A model generated the notes under the pieces. It did not search any database, was not told the DNA's origin, and saw only the letters and a list, made by a program, of their open reading frames with translations. The translations under genes and the position numbers were made by a program. 64,000 nt of DNA from Chiloscyllium plagiosum (taxonomy: Eukaryota): contig NC_057756.1 in assembly GCF_004010195.1 (NCBI RefSeq), positions 8,786,921 to 8,850,920 on the forward strand. Reading direction: 5' to 3'. This document shows, one piece after another, positions 10,791 through 22,965 of this stretch. The first letter of the stretch is position 1. Every line of letters begins with the position of its first letter.

Positions 10791-10932
10791 GAAACAAAAT
10801 CCACACAAGATGGCAGCATCGAATGGTGTCCCTTTGAGAGAGGTGACCTGTTCAGGTGAAGCAGAGAGCTTGTGCCACACGTACCTGAGCATCAGGATGG
10901 AGCTGCCGGGGAACGGGACTGTCAAGCACTGA
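10791..10932 (+). CDS. Terminal cytoplasmic exon (RKQNPHKMAASNGVPLREVTCSGEAESLCHTYLSIRMELPGNGTVKH*)
   Basis: Strong acceptor tttctctctccatag|, phase 2 matching the TM donor. Homologous to the paralog exon at 22612-22714. Confidence 0.75.
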
Positions 10933-11149
10933 CCGAGTTTCCATTGCACTGAGCCGGGCTCAGGGAGGGTGAAACAGCCCAGTGTTGTGGGGATCGAGTG
11001 ATTGCTGGTGGAAAGTCTGAGCACAGGATTGGGATCAACAATCACTTCCCACTTTGCACAAGCCCTTCTGAGAAGCACAATTCAGGAGAGAAACTCCCAA
11101 TGGACATATTATCACTTTATGATCTGAACAGTATTTTATCTATACAATT

Positions 11150-11450
11150 AGAATCAAAATAATGTACAGCATGGAAACAGACCCTTCGGTCCAACCCGTC
11201 CATGCCGACCAGATATCCTAACCTCATCTAGTCCCATTTGCCAGCACTTGGCCCATATCCCTCTAAACCCTTCCTATTCATATACTCATCCAGGTGACTT
11301 TTAAATGTTACAATTGTACCAGCCTCCACCACTTCCTCTGGCAGCTCGTTCCATACACGTACCACCCTCTGTGAAAACGTTGCCCCTTAGGTCCCTTTTA
11401 TATCTTTCTCCTCTCATCCTAAACCTATGCCCTCTAGTTCAGGACTTCCC
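11150..11450 (-). mobile_element. CR1/HER1 LINE 3' end
   Basis: ATGTACAGCATGGAAACAGACCCTTCGGTCCAAC 3'UTR (reverse) and ORF2 C-terminus. Confidence 0.85.
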
Positions 11451-11674
11451 CTCTTTTTTGTTTTGGTGTCATGACTCGTTTCAGCTTTGACAGATTGTGA
11501 ACAGCGGTGTAAGAGTTAAATGTCCCCCAGGCCGATCTTTGCTCAGACTGATCCTTTTGGCTGGACTGGAAAATAAACAGTGAGGGGTCACATCAGACTC
11601 CACTTGAATGAGAGGAAAACCAAACGTTCTTAAAATACTCACGTCTGGCTGGCTGAATTCCTCTACACTCAATA

Positions 11675-12110
11675 GTAGAACATAGAACAATACAGCACAG
11701 AACAGGCCCTTCGGCCCACAGTGTTGTGCCGAACATTTGTCCTAGCTTAAGCACCCATCCATGTACCTATCCAATTGCCACTTAAAGGTCACCAATGATT
11801 CTGACTCTGCCACTCCCACAGGCAGCGCATTCCATGCCCCCACCACTCTCTGGGTAAAGAACCCACCCCTGACATCTCCCCTATACCTTCCACTCTTCAC
11901 CTTAAATTTATGTCCCCTTGTAACACTATGTTTTACCCGGGAAAAAGTCTCTGATTGTCTACTCTATCTATTCCCCTGATCATCTTATACACCTCTATCA
12001 AGTTACCCTTCATCCTTCTCCGTTCCAATGAGAAAAGGCCTAGCACGCTCAACCTATCCTCGTACGACCTATTCTCCATTCCAGGCAACCTCCTGGTAAA
12101 TCTCCTCTGC
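11675..12110 (-). mobile_element. CR1 LINE 3' end
   Basis: (TAGAACA)n tail and reverse ORF2 C-terminal motifs (FFTQRVVGAWNALP). Confidence 0.88.
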
Positions 12111-13780
12111 AAGGTTTTGGTCCTTCAGCAGTGCCTTATTTTCTTTCACTGTCTGGTTAAAGAGTACGAACTGGTTTTTAAAAGCAGCAGTTAAATTTGA
12201 TCAAAATCAGTGGCCTTAAGTTCACTTATCGGTGCAGCTGTAACACTCCGAACAGACTGGGATAAATAATTTCTTGGGGAAAGGGCCTTGGCACGTTGGT
12301 CCTCAGAGTATGGTGGGAACTTCAGGCGACTTTTAGTTTTATGAAGATGTTCCCCTTGGCCGTCCTGTGGGTGAGGTTTGAGGAGGGAACCGGAGGAGGT
12401 TGGCTGACAGGACGAGAGGCGTAAAATATTTCCTCCTCCAAACCAGAGTCCCATTCCTCATCTGCAGATGGATCAGGATTCTTTAGTATTGGGTCTTTGG
12501 GGGAGGGGAGAGTGGGATGTAAGGAATAGTCGTTATTGTCAGTCTGGTCTTGCACGGCTGTAGTCTGTTGATTATTCACTAGTTTCCCCTTTTCTTTGAA
12601 GTGCTTGACATTTCAGCGTAGGTTCTGAATCTTTGCTTTCCTTCTTATTTTTTCCTATTTTCTCCCAAGCCAATGCCAACTCTGCTTCTAAACCGTGTGC
12701 TTCACATTTGTGTTTTAGTTCTGTCCAGTCTAGTTCAAATCCTTCCTCAGTTAATGGGCTAATTCCCCGTTTAATACAGCTTTGTCTCCATGATGATTCC
12801 ATGGATTTTTCACTAGCTACCTTTCCACGCTGATATGGCTTCTTTTTGCTTGCTTCCCTTTTTTCCGAATCCCTTGTTCAACTTTAATGAGTAGAGTATC
12901 TTCACAAAACTACTGATCTACAGGGGCTCCAACCCCAATTACTTCAGGGTGCTGCAACCCCAGTTACTACAGGGGCTCCAACAGTCAAGGTATAATCTTG
13001 TGGGCCCATTGGTCTCGAGTCTGACCTCTAGGTGAAGCTCCTATTTTCCAGTTTCACTCAAACATGCCCCCTGTTTGAACCCTGCTCGCAGTGCAAAATT
13101 GTTAAAAGTACAGATTTGAGACGGCCCAGGGAATCCCTTGTGGACTCAAACTGTAAGCCTCTCTTGGTTCGTCCCGGAGATCGTACTCTTTGGTAGCCTG
13201 GAATAAAAAAATCCTTTTACAGACAGTTTAGTTTAATTTTAGTCATCCCGTTTATTTACTAATAGCGTCACTGTTACAACAGAACACTGATACCTGTAGG
13301 CCAGTCTAACTGGATTCTAATAACCCAGAAGGGTAGGAGATCAGCACTTCAAGAGCCCTGGCAGGCTACCCTGTTGTACTATCAAAATCAGGCTTCATTT
13401 ATATAAAGTTTACAAAAGCTGTACTATCACAAACAGGCTTTCTTTATACAAAAAGTTAACAAAAGCACTGCATGTTCTGAACTAGACAGATAACAGTGAA
13501 GGACAATAATTCAGGAGAGAAGTTAATTGATACCGAGTTTCGTTTCGAGGTCAGAATCAAACACTTATTAATTTCACAAAGGAACACTGTGAACGTTATC
13601 ACTTGGTGTCTTGTTTATACAAATTCACTGATGTTAAGCCAAATGTTTTTAATTGCCTTACCCTCCCTGTCTGTCTTATTTTCTCATTTGCAGCAAATGT
13701 TTTCAATAATTCAACATTACATTTTAGTCTAAATGTTTAAGGACAAGGTTTAATGCTATAAACTTTCTCACTAGTTGTCA
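12110..13780 (-). mobile_element. Endogenous retrovirus/LTR element 5' end: LTR (~13100-13780), tRNA-Ser PBS, leader, broken gag-like ORF
   Basis: On the minus strand the LTR ends ...TTAACA and is followed by TTGCACTGCGAGCAGGGTTCAAAC (13073-13096), 20/24 to the vertebrate tRNA-Ser(UGA) 3' complement as recalled. The LTR contains AATAAA and TATA-like motifs. Downstream frames are Pro-rich (FPPY, QPPPVP). Confidence 0.6.
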
Positions 13781-13819
13781 TAATATTCCTAGCCCCTGAC
13801 CTGCTCTTGTAGCCACTAT

Positions 13820-15275
13820 GAGTCCATAGAATCATACAGCATGGAAACAGACCCTTCCGTCTAACTAGTCCATGCTGAACATAATCATAAACTAAACTAG
13901 TCTGAACTTGCCTGATGCTGGCCTGTGCCCCATTCTTTCCTATTCATGTACATATCCAAATGTTTTTAAATGTTGTAATTGTACCCACATTCACTACTTC
14001 CTCAGGGAGTTCATTCCACACTCAAACCACTATCCTGTGTAAAAAATATGCCTCTCATGTCTTTTTTATATTCTCTCTCACCTTAAAATTATGCCCCCAA
14101 GTCTTGAGATCCCCATCCTTGGGGAAAGGGCAACTACCATTAACTCTATATATTATTTTATAAACTTCTGTCAGGTCACATCTCACCAGCAACACTCCAG
14201 TGAAAAAAAGTCCCAGCCTTTCCAGCCTCTTCTTCACAACTCAAACCTTCCATACCTGGCAACATCCTGGTAAATCTTTTCTGAACCCTCCCTACCTTTC
14301 TGGATGTAGGTTTGCTTGCTGAGCTGGAAGGTTAATTTTCAGACGTTTCGTCACCATACAGGGTAACTTCTTTAGTGAGTCTCTGGATGAAGCACTGCTG
14401 ATGTTTCCTGCTTTCTATTTATATGTTTGGGTTTCTTTGGGTTGGTGATGTCATTTCCCATTTACATCAACTAGCCACAAAATGACATGACCCTCTCTCA
14501 CCAATATCCTTACGCACACATAAGGAAGGACACCACTTCGACTGGGACAACATCCATTCTAGGACAAGCCAAACAGAGACACGCACAAGAATTCCCGGAA
14601 GCATGGCATTCCAGCCGGAACTCTAATCAATAAATACCATTTTCCACCCCCACCCGAGGAGAAAAAAACAGGAAATTATATCACCGTAGGAAATGGAATC
14701 ACCAACCCAAACAATCCCAATAGAAAGCAGGAAACATCAGCAGTGCTTCATCTGGAGGCTCACTGAAGATGTTACCTAGTATGGTGACGAAATGTCTGAA
14801 AATGAACCTTCCAGATCAGCAAGCAAGCCTACATCCAGAACCTTAACCCGAGCTACAAATCTTCTCAAAACCCACCAATATCCTTCCTATAGCAGGGCAA
14901 CCAGAACTGGAAACAGTTTTCCAGAATAGGTCTCATCAATGTCCCATCTGGTTCAAATCCTGTTGTAATCTGAGGTAACCCTCTTCGCTGTCCACTACAC
15001 CTGCAATTTTGGTGTCATCTGCAAACTTACTAACTATATCTCTTATGCTCGCATCCAAATCATTTATGTAAATGACAAAAAGTAGAGGGCCCAGCACCGA
15101 TCCTTGTGGCACTCCACTGGTCACAGGCCTCCAGTCTGAAAAACAACCCTCCACCACCAGCCTCTGTCTTCTACCTTTGAGCCAGCTCTGTATCCAAATG
15201 GCTAGTTCTCCCTGTATTCTATGAGATCTAACCTTGCTAACCAGTCTCCCATGGGGAACCTTGTCAAACGCCTTA
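13820..15275 (-). mobile_element. CR1 LINE 3' portion interrupted by a Penelope insertion
   Basis: ORF 14936-15157 has VTSGVPQGSVLGPLLF.IYINDL and KFADDTK. 3'UTR near 13825. Confidence 0.88.
14298..14875 (+). mobile_element. Penelope-like element 3' fragment with inverted pLTR and hammerhead core
   Basis: ~14300-14460 is the reverse complement of ~14690-14840. Encodes the C-terminal HHFDWDNTSILGQAKQRHAQEF motif. CTGAAGA..GAAA at 14763-14792. Confidence 0.85.
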
Positions 15276-17498
15276 AATGACAGTTGTGCTTCTGATGGAT
15301 AGTAACCCTAGGATGTTGATAGTAGGATATTCAATGATGGTATTGGAACAATTAATCCAAGTACAACTTTAAAGGAACATCTGTCATTTTCCACATAAAT
15401 TTAATCACATTTCACCCCAAGAATACGCAGTTCCCTGTCACTGCCAGTTTCCCTCCAGGCTCCATCACCATTTCTCTCTGCGTGGCTGCACTTATTCTGA
15501 CACGAAACAACATCTCCTTTTACTCACTCACTTGCTCCAAACTAAAGATGTGAGCTATGAGCACCCACATAGGAATTGGTTCCTGCTGTCTTTTTGTAGG
15601 AAATGTAGAACTCTCCTTGGTTCAGTTCTGCTCTAACCCCCGCCCTCACCTCTCCTCCTGGTACATCAGTAACTGAATTGGTGTCATTTTCAGATTTCAC
15701 CCTGACCTGGACAATTTCAGCTCTGTTTCCAGTGTCCCCTCTTCTCCCACCTTCACAGTCCCCATGATTCCCCCAACCCACCTTCCTGTTAGTAAACAAT
15801 GTGAAGTCACATGGGTGGGGGAGTTGGTAATATAGTGATATGGATTCCCATCCTGTGCTGGGAACATACATTTTAAGAATGTACGGGTACAGGAGGAGGG
15901 TATTTGACCATTCCATTCTTGTTCTCATTAAATAAGATGGAAGCTGATTTTTCACCTCAACTCCACTTTCCTGTCTGATTCCCATTTCCTGTAATTCCCA
16001 ATTAGTCAAAAATCTCAGAACTGAATTTCCAAGAGAATCCTGCCCAGGATAGCACTGATCCAGTGCTGAGTGGTTACATTAAGGTCTCAGTGGGTAGCAA
16101 TTCCACTTCTGAATTCCCATGACAGAGACAAGAACCCCACAATATAGGGTGACCCTCCCAGTGCAGTGCTGAGGGAGTGCTGCACTGTTAGAGGGGAATA
16201 CAGGACAGATTGCTGCAGTGTTGGATATTCTGTTCTTTGGATGAAACATTGAACCGAAGTGCTGTCTGTCCTTCAGGGGAATGGGAAAAATCCTTTGGCA
16301 TGATCTGGAAGATGCTCGGAGTATGTTTTCATCTGAGACATTAACCAAGTTGGCTGATCTGCTCTAGTCCTCGCCCACATTTTGTGTGAGCCTGCTGTGA
16401 CTTCTTGTGGCAATGCCAACTTTAAAACATCTACATTCACTTATATCACGGGCTCCCGACGACTTTAGAAAGTCCTGTAATCCTGAAGGGCGCTATAGAA
16501 ATGCAGGGTGCTGTTGTTGGAATTGCTCCAAGCTCTCCCTACAATGCCACGCTCTGCTCACGTGGTGGGGCTGTTAGTGAAAGTTGTTCACTTGTGGTGG
16601 ACAGCACTGGCTTTACCCTTTACTGCAGGAACCAGACTCTCAGCCTATTTCTCTGAACCGCCTTTAATACAGGAAACAGATTCTTTACTTTTCAGCTCCT
16701 CTGCTTCTGATATCTAGGCAACTTTGAAGGTGTTTTCCCGGAGTGAACAATCTCCAGGGAGGAATGGAGGGCACTTATTCCACAATTAAAACCTCTGTTA
16801 TCCTGTATCGCAAATGCATGGACCCATCACCCTGTGATTCTCACTGACATACTTTGTCTCCAACTGCTGTGCTTCTCCAGCACCATTCTAATCTAGACTC
16901 TTGATATTAAATATTGAGATAATTGGAATATTTAAATAATGGGATTCTGCTGATGGATTGAGATGATCATTTTCTGTGGGAGGCACCAAGTAAAAGATAG
17001 ACCAATCCCAGGTGGTGTTGGAAAAGGTGGACCTGATACCAGTCTCTGTCCTTTGATCCCAGTGCGGTGACTCCTGGGTGGAATTGACCTGAACAGTGAG
17101 TCCAGAGAAACTGGTGACTTAGTGTTCAAGCAGTGGGAGTCCAAGCCTCATAACTACCCCCAACCCCCTTCCACACATTCCAAACCCACTGATTCAGCTA
17201 CTCAAGAGAATTCTCAAATATCATGTTCTATATTCATGATGGGAAAGATCATGGAAAGCAGTAAATTTTATAGAATATTTAAACAGTAGAAAATGGAACT
17301 TTCTCCCACCAATTACCAGTGATTTTTTTCTGTTTAGTGCAGGGAGTAACAATGATCTTCAAGAACAATTTAAAAAAAACACCAGTGATGGCCACAGAAC
17401 CATTTTGATTTGATCAACTTTAACTAACTAGACTGGGTGAAACACACAGATTTCTGATTGTGAAATGTCCCACACAGATGTTGATATTACCTTTCCAG

Positions 17499-17890
17499 GA
17501 AGTTTCAGTGCAGTTTAAGGACCCATCCCTGAATAGCTGGTGGCTTGTTCTAAGTTTCTGGTCAATGTGGATCATTGACCATAGTAATCTAATCTAATTG
17601 ACTGGTAAAAAAATGACAAGAGCACCTCCTTTAAAAAAAAGACTCAGAAAACTAGTCTGAAGGAAACGTACATACGTTCTGACATTGTAACTTTGTGACA
17701 GAAAGCTGTAGTGAACCAGCAGACATTGTGCGTTTCCCACCGTGGTCAGTTCCTCCGGCTGTTCCAATCCCTGGGAAATGCTGGTTTGTACAGCCCACGC
17801 TCCACCACTCAATGACACTGGGTGTTACTTATGCTCAAATTTTCCAGTGTCCAGTCCAACCACATTAATACACTTCACAATAATGTTCTG
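17499..17890 (+). pseudogene. Decayed B7/BTN-type IgV exon
   Basis: Acceptor ctttccag|, then GSFSAV*GP. Across frameshifts it reads QQ..VSHRGQF...SLGNAGLY...LNDTGCYLC (DxGxYxC at 17814-17834), with several stops. Confidence 0.45.
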
Positions 17891-18184
17891 AATGTTATTC
17901 AATGTGTGTGCATGGAAGGTGAAGGACAGAATCTGAGCCACTGTCTTCCAGAGTCCAGATAAGACAAAGGATCACTTTCTCCAAGAAGGTCAAGTATGAA
18001 TCTAGTGTTTCGGAATCACAGGCAACTTCTGACCTGATTTTACTGTGGAGGCACCATCTCTACCCAGACCGGAGGGATTCAGGAATAAGGTTCACCATAA
18101 ACTGGAGGGTGAATACAGATGGATAATAAATGGAGCCGTGTCACCCAAACTGTGAATAAATTATGCTGAACCTATGTGTTATTC

Positions 18185-18690
18185 ACAGGGACCCAGAACC
18201 TAGGAGTAGGAATGGGTCATGTTTGAGCCTGCTCCACCATTCAATAAGATCCTGGCTGATCTGGGTGTGGTCTCAGCTCCACTTTCCTGACTGTCCCCCT
18301 CACAGCACTTGGCTCCGTTGTCTCTTAAAAATCAATCAAACCTTCCTTAGATCAATTCAATGGCCCAGCCTCCACTACTTTCTGAGTAAGAGAATTCCAC
18401 AGACTCATAACTTGTGCAGAGGGAACATGCCTCTTTATCCTCCTAAAAAAAGGGAGACCTCAGTTTTAAACTGTGTGCCCTAGTCCTAGTCTCCCTGAAC
18501 AGAGGATACATCCTCCCAATATCTGGTCCACTCAGTGTCTTCTATATTATTCCAATAATCTCACCTTTCATTCTTCTAAAACTCCAATCAGTACAAACCC
18601 AATCTACTCAATCTTTCCCTCATCCCAGGAATGAACCTTCTCTGAACTGCAGTTATATCCTTTTACAAATAAGGACCTCAAACTGTTTTG
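18185..18690 (-). mobile_element. Old CR1 LINE 3' fragment
   Basis: AGGAGTAGG..CCTGCTCCACCATTCAATAAGATC 3'UTR (reverse) and degenerate ORF2 end. Confidence 0.7.
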
Positions 18691-18959
18691 AGTTTGTTTG
18701 ATTTCGTGTTTATTGCCAGGTGAAAAGTGTCCAACGTCATCATTCCTGGCACTATCTTTGATACAAAAATAGAAAAACAAAAAAATAAGTTTTAAAAAGT
18801 TCCATACAACTGCATAAAAGCAGAAAAATGAATAAGTAAGTTTTAAAAAGTTCCACACTAGGACATTAGTCAAGCATTACAATCCTTCCCTAAGCCATGG
18901 GTCTGCAGATGATCCAAGGTGGGCTTCAGCTCAATAACTAGGAAACAACTAGGAAAGCA

Positions 18960-19975
18960 AATGATTCGTTACAAGGGAGTTGGAGAGTAAGGACGTCTTG
19001 CTACAGTGATTTAGGGCTCTGGTGAAACCACATCTTGAGTACTGTGTTACACCTTAGGTCTCCCTACTCAAAGAAGGATCCTGAGACGGGGTTGTACAAG
19101 GACGGTGTTTCCTGGGATGAAAGGGCTGTTCTATGAAGATAGATTGAACGGAATGGGTCCATATTCTCGAGAGTTTATAAGAATGAGAGAGAATCCCATT
19201 GAAACTCATACCTTTAACTTCCCAAGCTTGTTCCCACCTCGATCCCATTTTGACTTTGGACAACTGACATCGCACTGGGATGATTGGGAATGGAATTGGA
19301 AAGGAAGCATCGATTCCTGCTCCCCACACCTTGATTGGGATGGGGGTGGGCGGAACAAAGGTTGAGTGAGGTGAGAGTTGACGAAAAGACAAGGTTTGGA
19401 CCAAAACACAAATCCTGACCCCTTCACCTGCCTTGTTTTTGCAGCAGGGATTGGGCCTGAGAGATCAACTCATTAGGGTCCCCTCCCCTTCCCCCTCCAC
19501 CTTCCCTACCTACCCAGAGAAAAGCTGTGAGAATCGGAAGGGACTTTGTGCGATTAGCACTCAGTCCATCCTCATGGCAGCCATTCCTGCCTCACAGCTC
19601 ACCGTCCTCAACTCTCAGCTGATGATCCCACAGGGAGGGGCATGGGGTTTGGAAGGGACAGCCTTGTCCCAGGAGGTTTGACAGGGTCAGTGCTGATAAG
19701 CTGGCCCCTGGCAGGAGAGTCTACAACCCAAGGTCCTAGCCTCAGGATAAGGGCCTGGCCGATTGCAGAATGAGATGAGGAAAAGAATTCTTCACCCAGA
19801 GGCCTGTGGACCTTTGGAATTCTCACCCCCATAGAGCTGTGAATGCTCAGATACTGAGGTGATTAAAGACTGAGATCCATCGATTCTTGGACACTAAGTG
19901 AGAGGGTATGAAACTGGAGATGGGGTAGAACATCACCGATGGGGGAGGTTAGATGTATTCCTGCTCCTGTTTGTG
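18960..19975 (+). mobile_element. Old CR1 LINE 3' fragment, interrupted
   Basis: Motifs resembling LVKPHLEYCV, PGMKGLFYEDRL and FFTQR. Unrelated sequence is inserted at ~19210-19680. Confidence 0.65.
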
Positions 19976-20309
19976 AAGTTCATATCCATGGAACATTCTG
20001 GAAGTTACTATCTCACACACCAGCACAAAGTGTGATCAATGATCTACACAGTGAAAGGTGGTCCCCTTTGTTCCTGAGACTGTGTTTGGAAACAGTCTGC
20101 AGAAGTAAGGCGGAGAAATGAAACTGATTGTCAGACATCTCAGTTTCTCCAGGGGGTTTCATGTGGAATGCTTGGCTGAGCTCCAAGAGCCACAAATCGA
20201 TAGAGCTCAGGCCAGGGTTTGTTTTGACAGTTTGAAGTGAGGTGTACGTTTTTCATTGATCTTTGATATGTTGTTTCAGCATCTGAAGGTGCACTTGGAC
20301 AAGATTAAG

Positions 20310-22000
20310 AGTCATAGAAATGTACAGCACGGAAACAGACCCTTCTAGTACAACCCGTCCATGCCGACCAGATATCCCAACCCAATCTAGTCCCACCTGC
20401 CAGCACCCGGCCCATATCCCTCCAAATCCTTCCTATTCATATATCCATACAAATGCCTCTTAAATGTTGCAATTTTATCAGCCTTCACCACTTCCTCTGG
20501 CAGCTCATTCCAGACACTTACCACACTTTGCGTGAAAAAGTTGTCCCTTAGGTCTCTTTTATATCTTTCCCCTCTTACCCTAAATCTATGCCCTCTAGTT
20601 CTGGACTCCCCAACCCCAGGGAAAAGACTTTGTCTATTTACCCTATCCATGCCCCTCATAATTTTGGAAACCTCTATAANNNNNNNNNNNNNNNNNNNNN
20701 NNNNNNNNNNNNNNNNNNNNNNNNNNNNNNNNNNNNNNNNNNNNNNNNNNNNNNNNNNNNNNNNNNNNNNNNNNNNNNNNNNNNNNNNNNNNNNNNNNNN
20801 NNNNNNNNNNNNNNNNNNNNNNNNNNNNNNNNNNNNNNNNNNNNNNNNNNNNNNNNNNNNNNNNNNNNNNNNNNNNNNNNNNNNNNNNNNNNNNNNNNNN
20901 NNNNNNNNNNNNNNNNNNNNNNNNNNNNNNNNNNNNNNNNNNNNNNNNNNNNNNNNNNNNNNATTTTGGTGTCATCTGCAAACTTACTAACTGTACCTCT
21001 TATGTTCGCATCCAAATCATTTATGTAAATGACAAAAAGTAGAGGACCCAGCACCGATTCTTGAGTGCAATTCACAGGCCTCCAGTCTGAAAAACAACCC
21101 TCCACCACCACCCTGTCTTCTAACTTTGAGCCAGTTCTGTATCCAAATGGCTAGTTCTCCCTGTATTCCATGAGATCTAACCTTGCTAATCAGTCTCCCA
21201 TGGGGAACCTTGTCGGACGCCTTACTGAAGTCCATATAGATCACATCTACTGCTCTGCCCTCATCAATCTTCTTTGTTACTTATTCAAAAAACTCAATCA
21301 AGTTTGTGAGACATGATTTCCCACGCACAAAGCCATGTTGACAGTCCTTGCCTTTCCAAATACATGTACATCCTGTCCCTCAGGATTCCCTCTAACAACT
21401 TGCCCACCACCGAGGTCAGGCTCCCCGGTCTATAGTTCCCTGGCTTGTCTTTGCCACCCTTCTTAAATAGTGGCACCACGTTAGCCAACCTCCAGTCTTC
21501 CGGCACTTCACCTGTGACTATCGATGATACAAATATCTCAGCAAGAGGCCCAGCAATCATTTCTCTAGCTTCCTACAGAGTTCTCGGGTACACCTGATCA
21601 GGTCCTGGGGATTTATACACTTTTCAAGACATCCAGCACTTCCTCCTCTGTAATCTGGATTTTGCAAGATGTTACCATCTATTTTCCTACAGTCTATATC
21701 TTCCATATCCTTTTCCACAGTAAATACTGATGCAAAATACTTGTTTAGTATCTCCCCTATTTTCTGTTGCTCCACACAAAGGCCGCCTTGCTGATCTTTG
21801 CGGGGCCCTATTCTCTCCCTAGTTACCCTTTTGTCCTTAATATATTTGTAAAAACCCTTTGGATTCTCTTTAATTCTATTTGCCAAAGCTATCTCATGTC
21901 CCCTTTTTGCCCTCCTGATTTCCCTCTTAAGTATACTCCTACTTCCTTCATACTCTTCTAAGGATTCACTCGATCTATCCTGTCTGTACCTGACATATGT
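20310..22000 (-). mobile_element. CR1/HER1 LINE, 5'-truncated, spans an N-gap
   Basis: ORFs with NRIKENPKGFYKYI, VPEDWRLANVVPLFKKG, DFSKA.DKVPH, KFADDTK and FFTQSVVSVWNELP. Confidence 0.95.
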
Positions 22001-22611
22001 GAGGGTGTGAAATGATGGAAAGCTGCTGACATTAGACAGGCTGAATTTTTTCAAAGGTGATATCTAATTCTTTTCAATCTGCACTTAAGCTTGACATCGC
22101 TAGAGCTGGTGAATTGATTCAGTACAGAGTGTGGACTGGGCTGAGCAGGACAGAGCAGGCATGGCTAACAGTTTTCAAACTTCAGGTTTCTGAATGCAGG
22201 CTAGAGTTCACAACTCCCATCAACTATCAATCATCGAAGGATTGGCCCAACTCGACAAACAATCCATGGGGTTGAAGATAATGACCCCATCCTGTGGAGA
22301 TGGCCAGGTGGTGAGTGCAGGGAGCAGGATTAAACATTGCTGGAATCATCGGAATCAAGGAATCAGATCTCACCAGCCATTTTTAACGGCCCCCAGAGTG
22401 GGTCTGAGTTTGTGAAAACCGAGGCCTAAATTTACGGGATTGTGGTTGGTGGCCAGGACTTGGACATCGGGATGTCATTGCTGATCTCAGCCTCTCCATG
22501 GATAATCACTGAGCAGCTAATGGAAAGAGCTGATTGTTCCCTCAGTGACTCGGTCACAGGGTTAAAGTAACTCATGGGGGTTTCATCGACAGCTCCAGCC
22601 CCCAGAGGGGC

Positions 22612-22714
22612 TCATTCTCCAGCCGCTCCATCCTGATGATTGGGTGATGTTGGACAAAATGCTTCCCTTTCACTTGGATGAGACACATCTCTCAAAGGGA
22701 TTTGTTTAGATGGT
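22612..22714 (-). pseudogene. Terminal (cytoplasmic-homologous) exon of the inverted paralog
   Basis: Acceptor ttgatttttcttctag|. The frame reads PSKQIPLRDVSHPSEREAFCPTSPNHQDGAAGE*, homologous to 10791-10932. Joined to the TM exon it starts with TG|A, a stop. Confidence 0.65.
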
Positions 22715-22965
22715 CTAGAAGAAAAATCAACAAGAATTCATGTTGCATTTGAACACGTGTGTAAAGGAGCTGTTCAGGAGCACAGACACATTAAATGACC
22801 GTCGACGTCCTGGGGACCAATGGGTGACAGGAGCTGCACGGTGATGGAGCACAGGGTGTAGAGGAGAGGACGCTTATAGGGGAGGCAATGGGCAAGAGCT
22901 GGGCACTCCACAGGAGCTGTGCTGACTGACAGAGGGAGGGCCAGAGGAGAGAGTGAAGAGCCCTG

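Noticed and set aside
10870-10895. Canonical ITIM/ITSM in the tail
   Set aside because: In CHTYLSI the -2 residue is His, so it fits neither (S/I/V/L)xYxx(I/V/L) nor TxYxx(V/I). It is only a YxxI motif.
19939-20220. Possible Ig-like exon (…LIVRHLSFSRGFHVECLAEL…)
   Set aside because: No convincing paired Cys/Trp spacing or acceptor; the evidence is insufficient.
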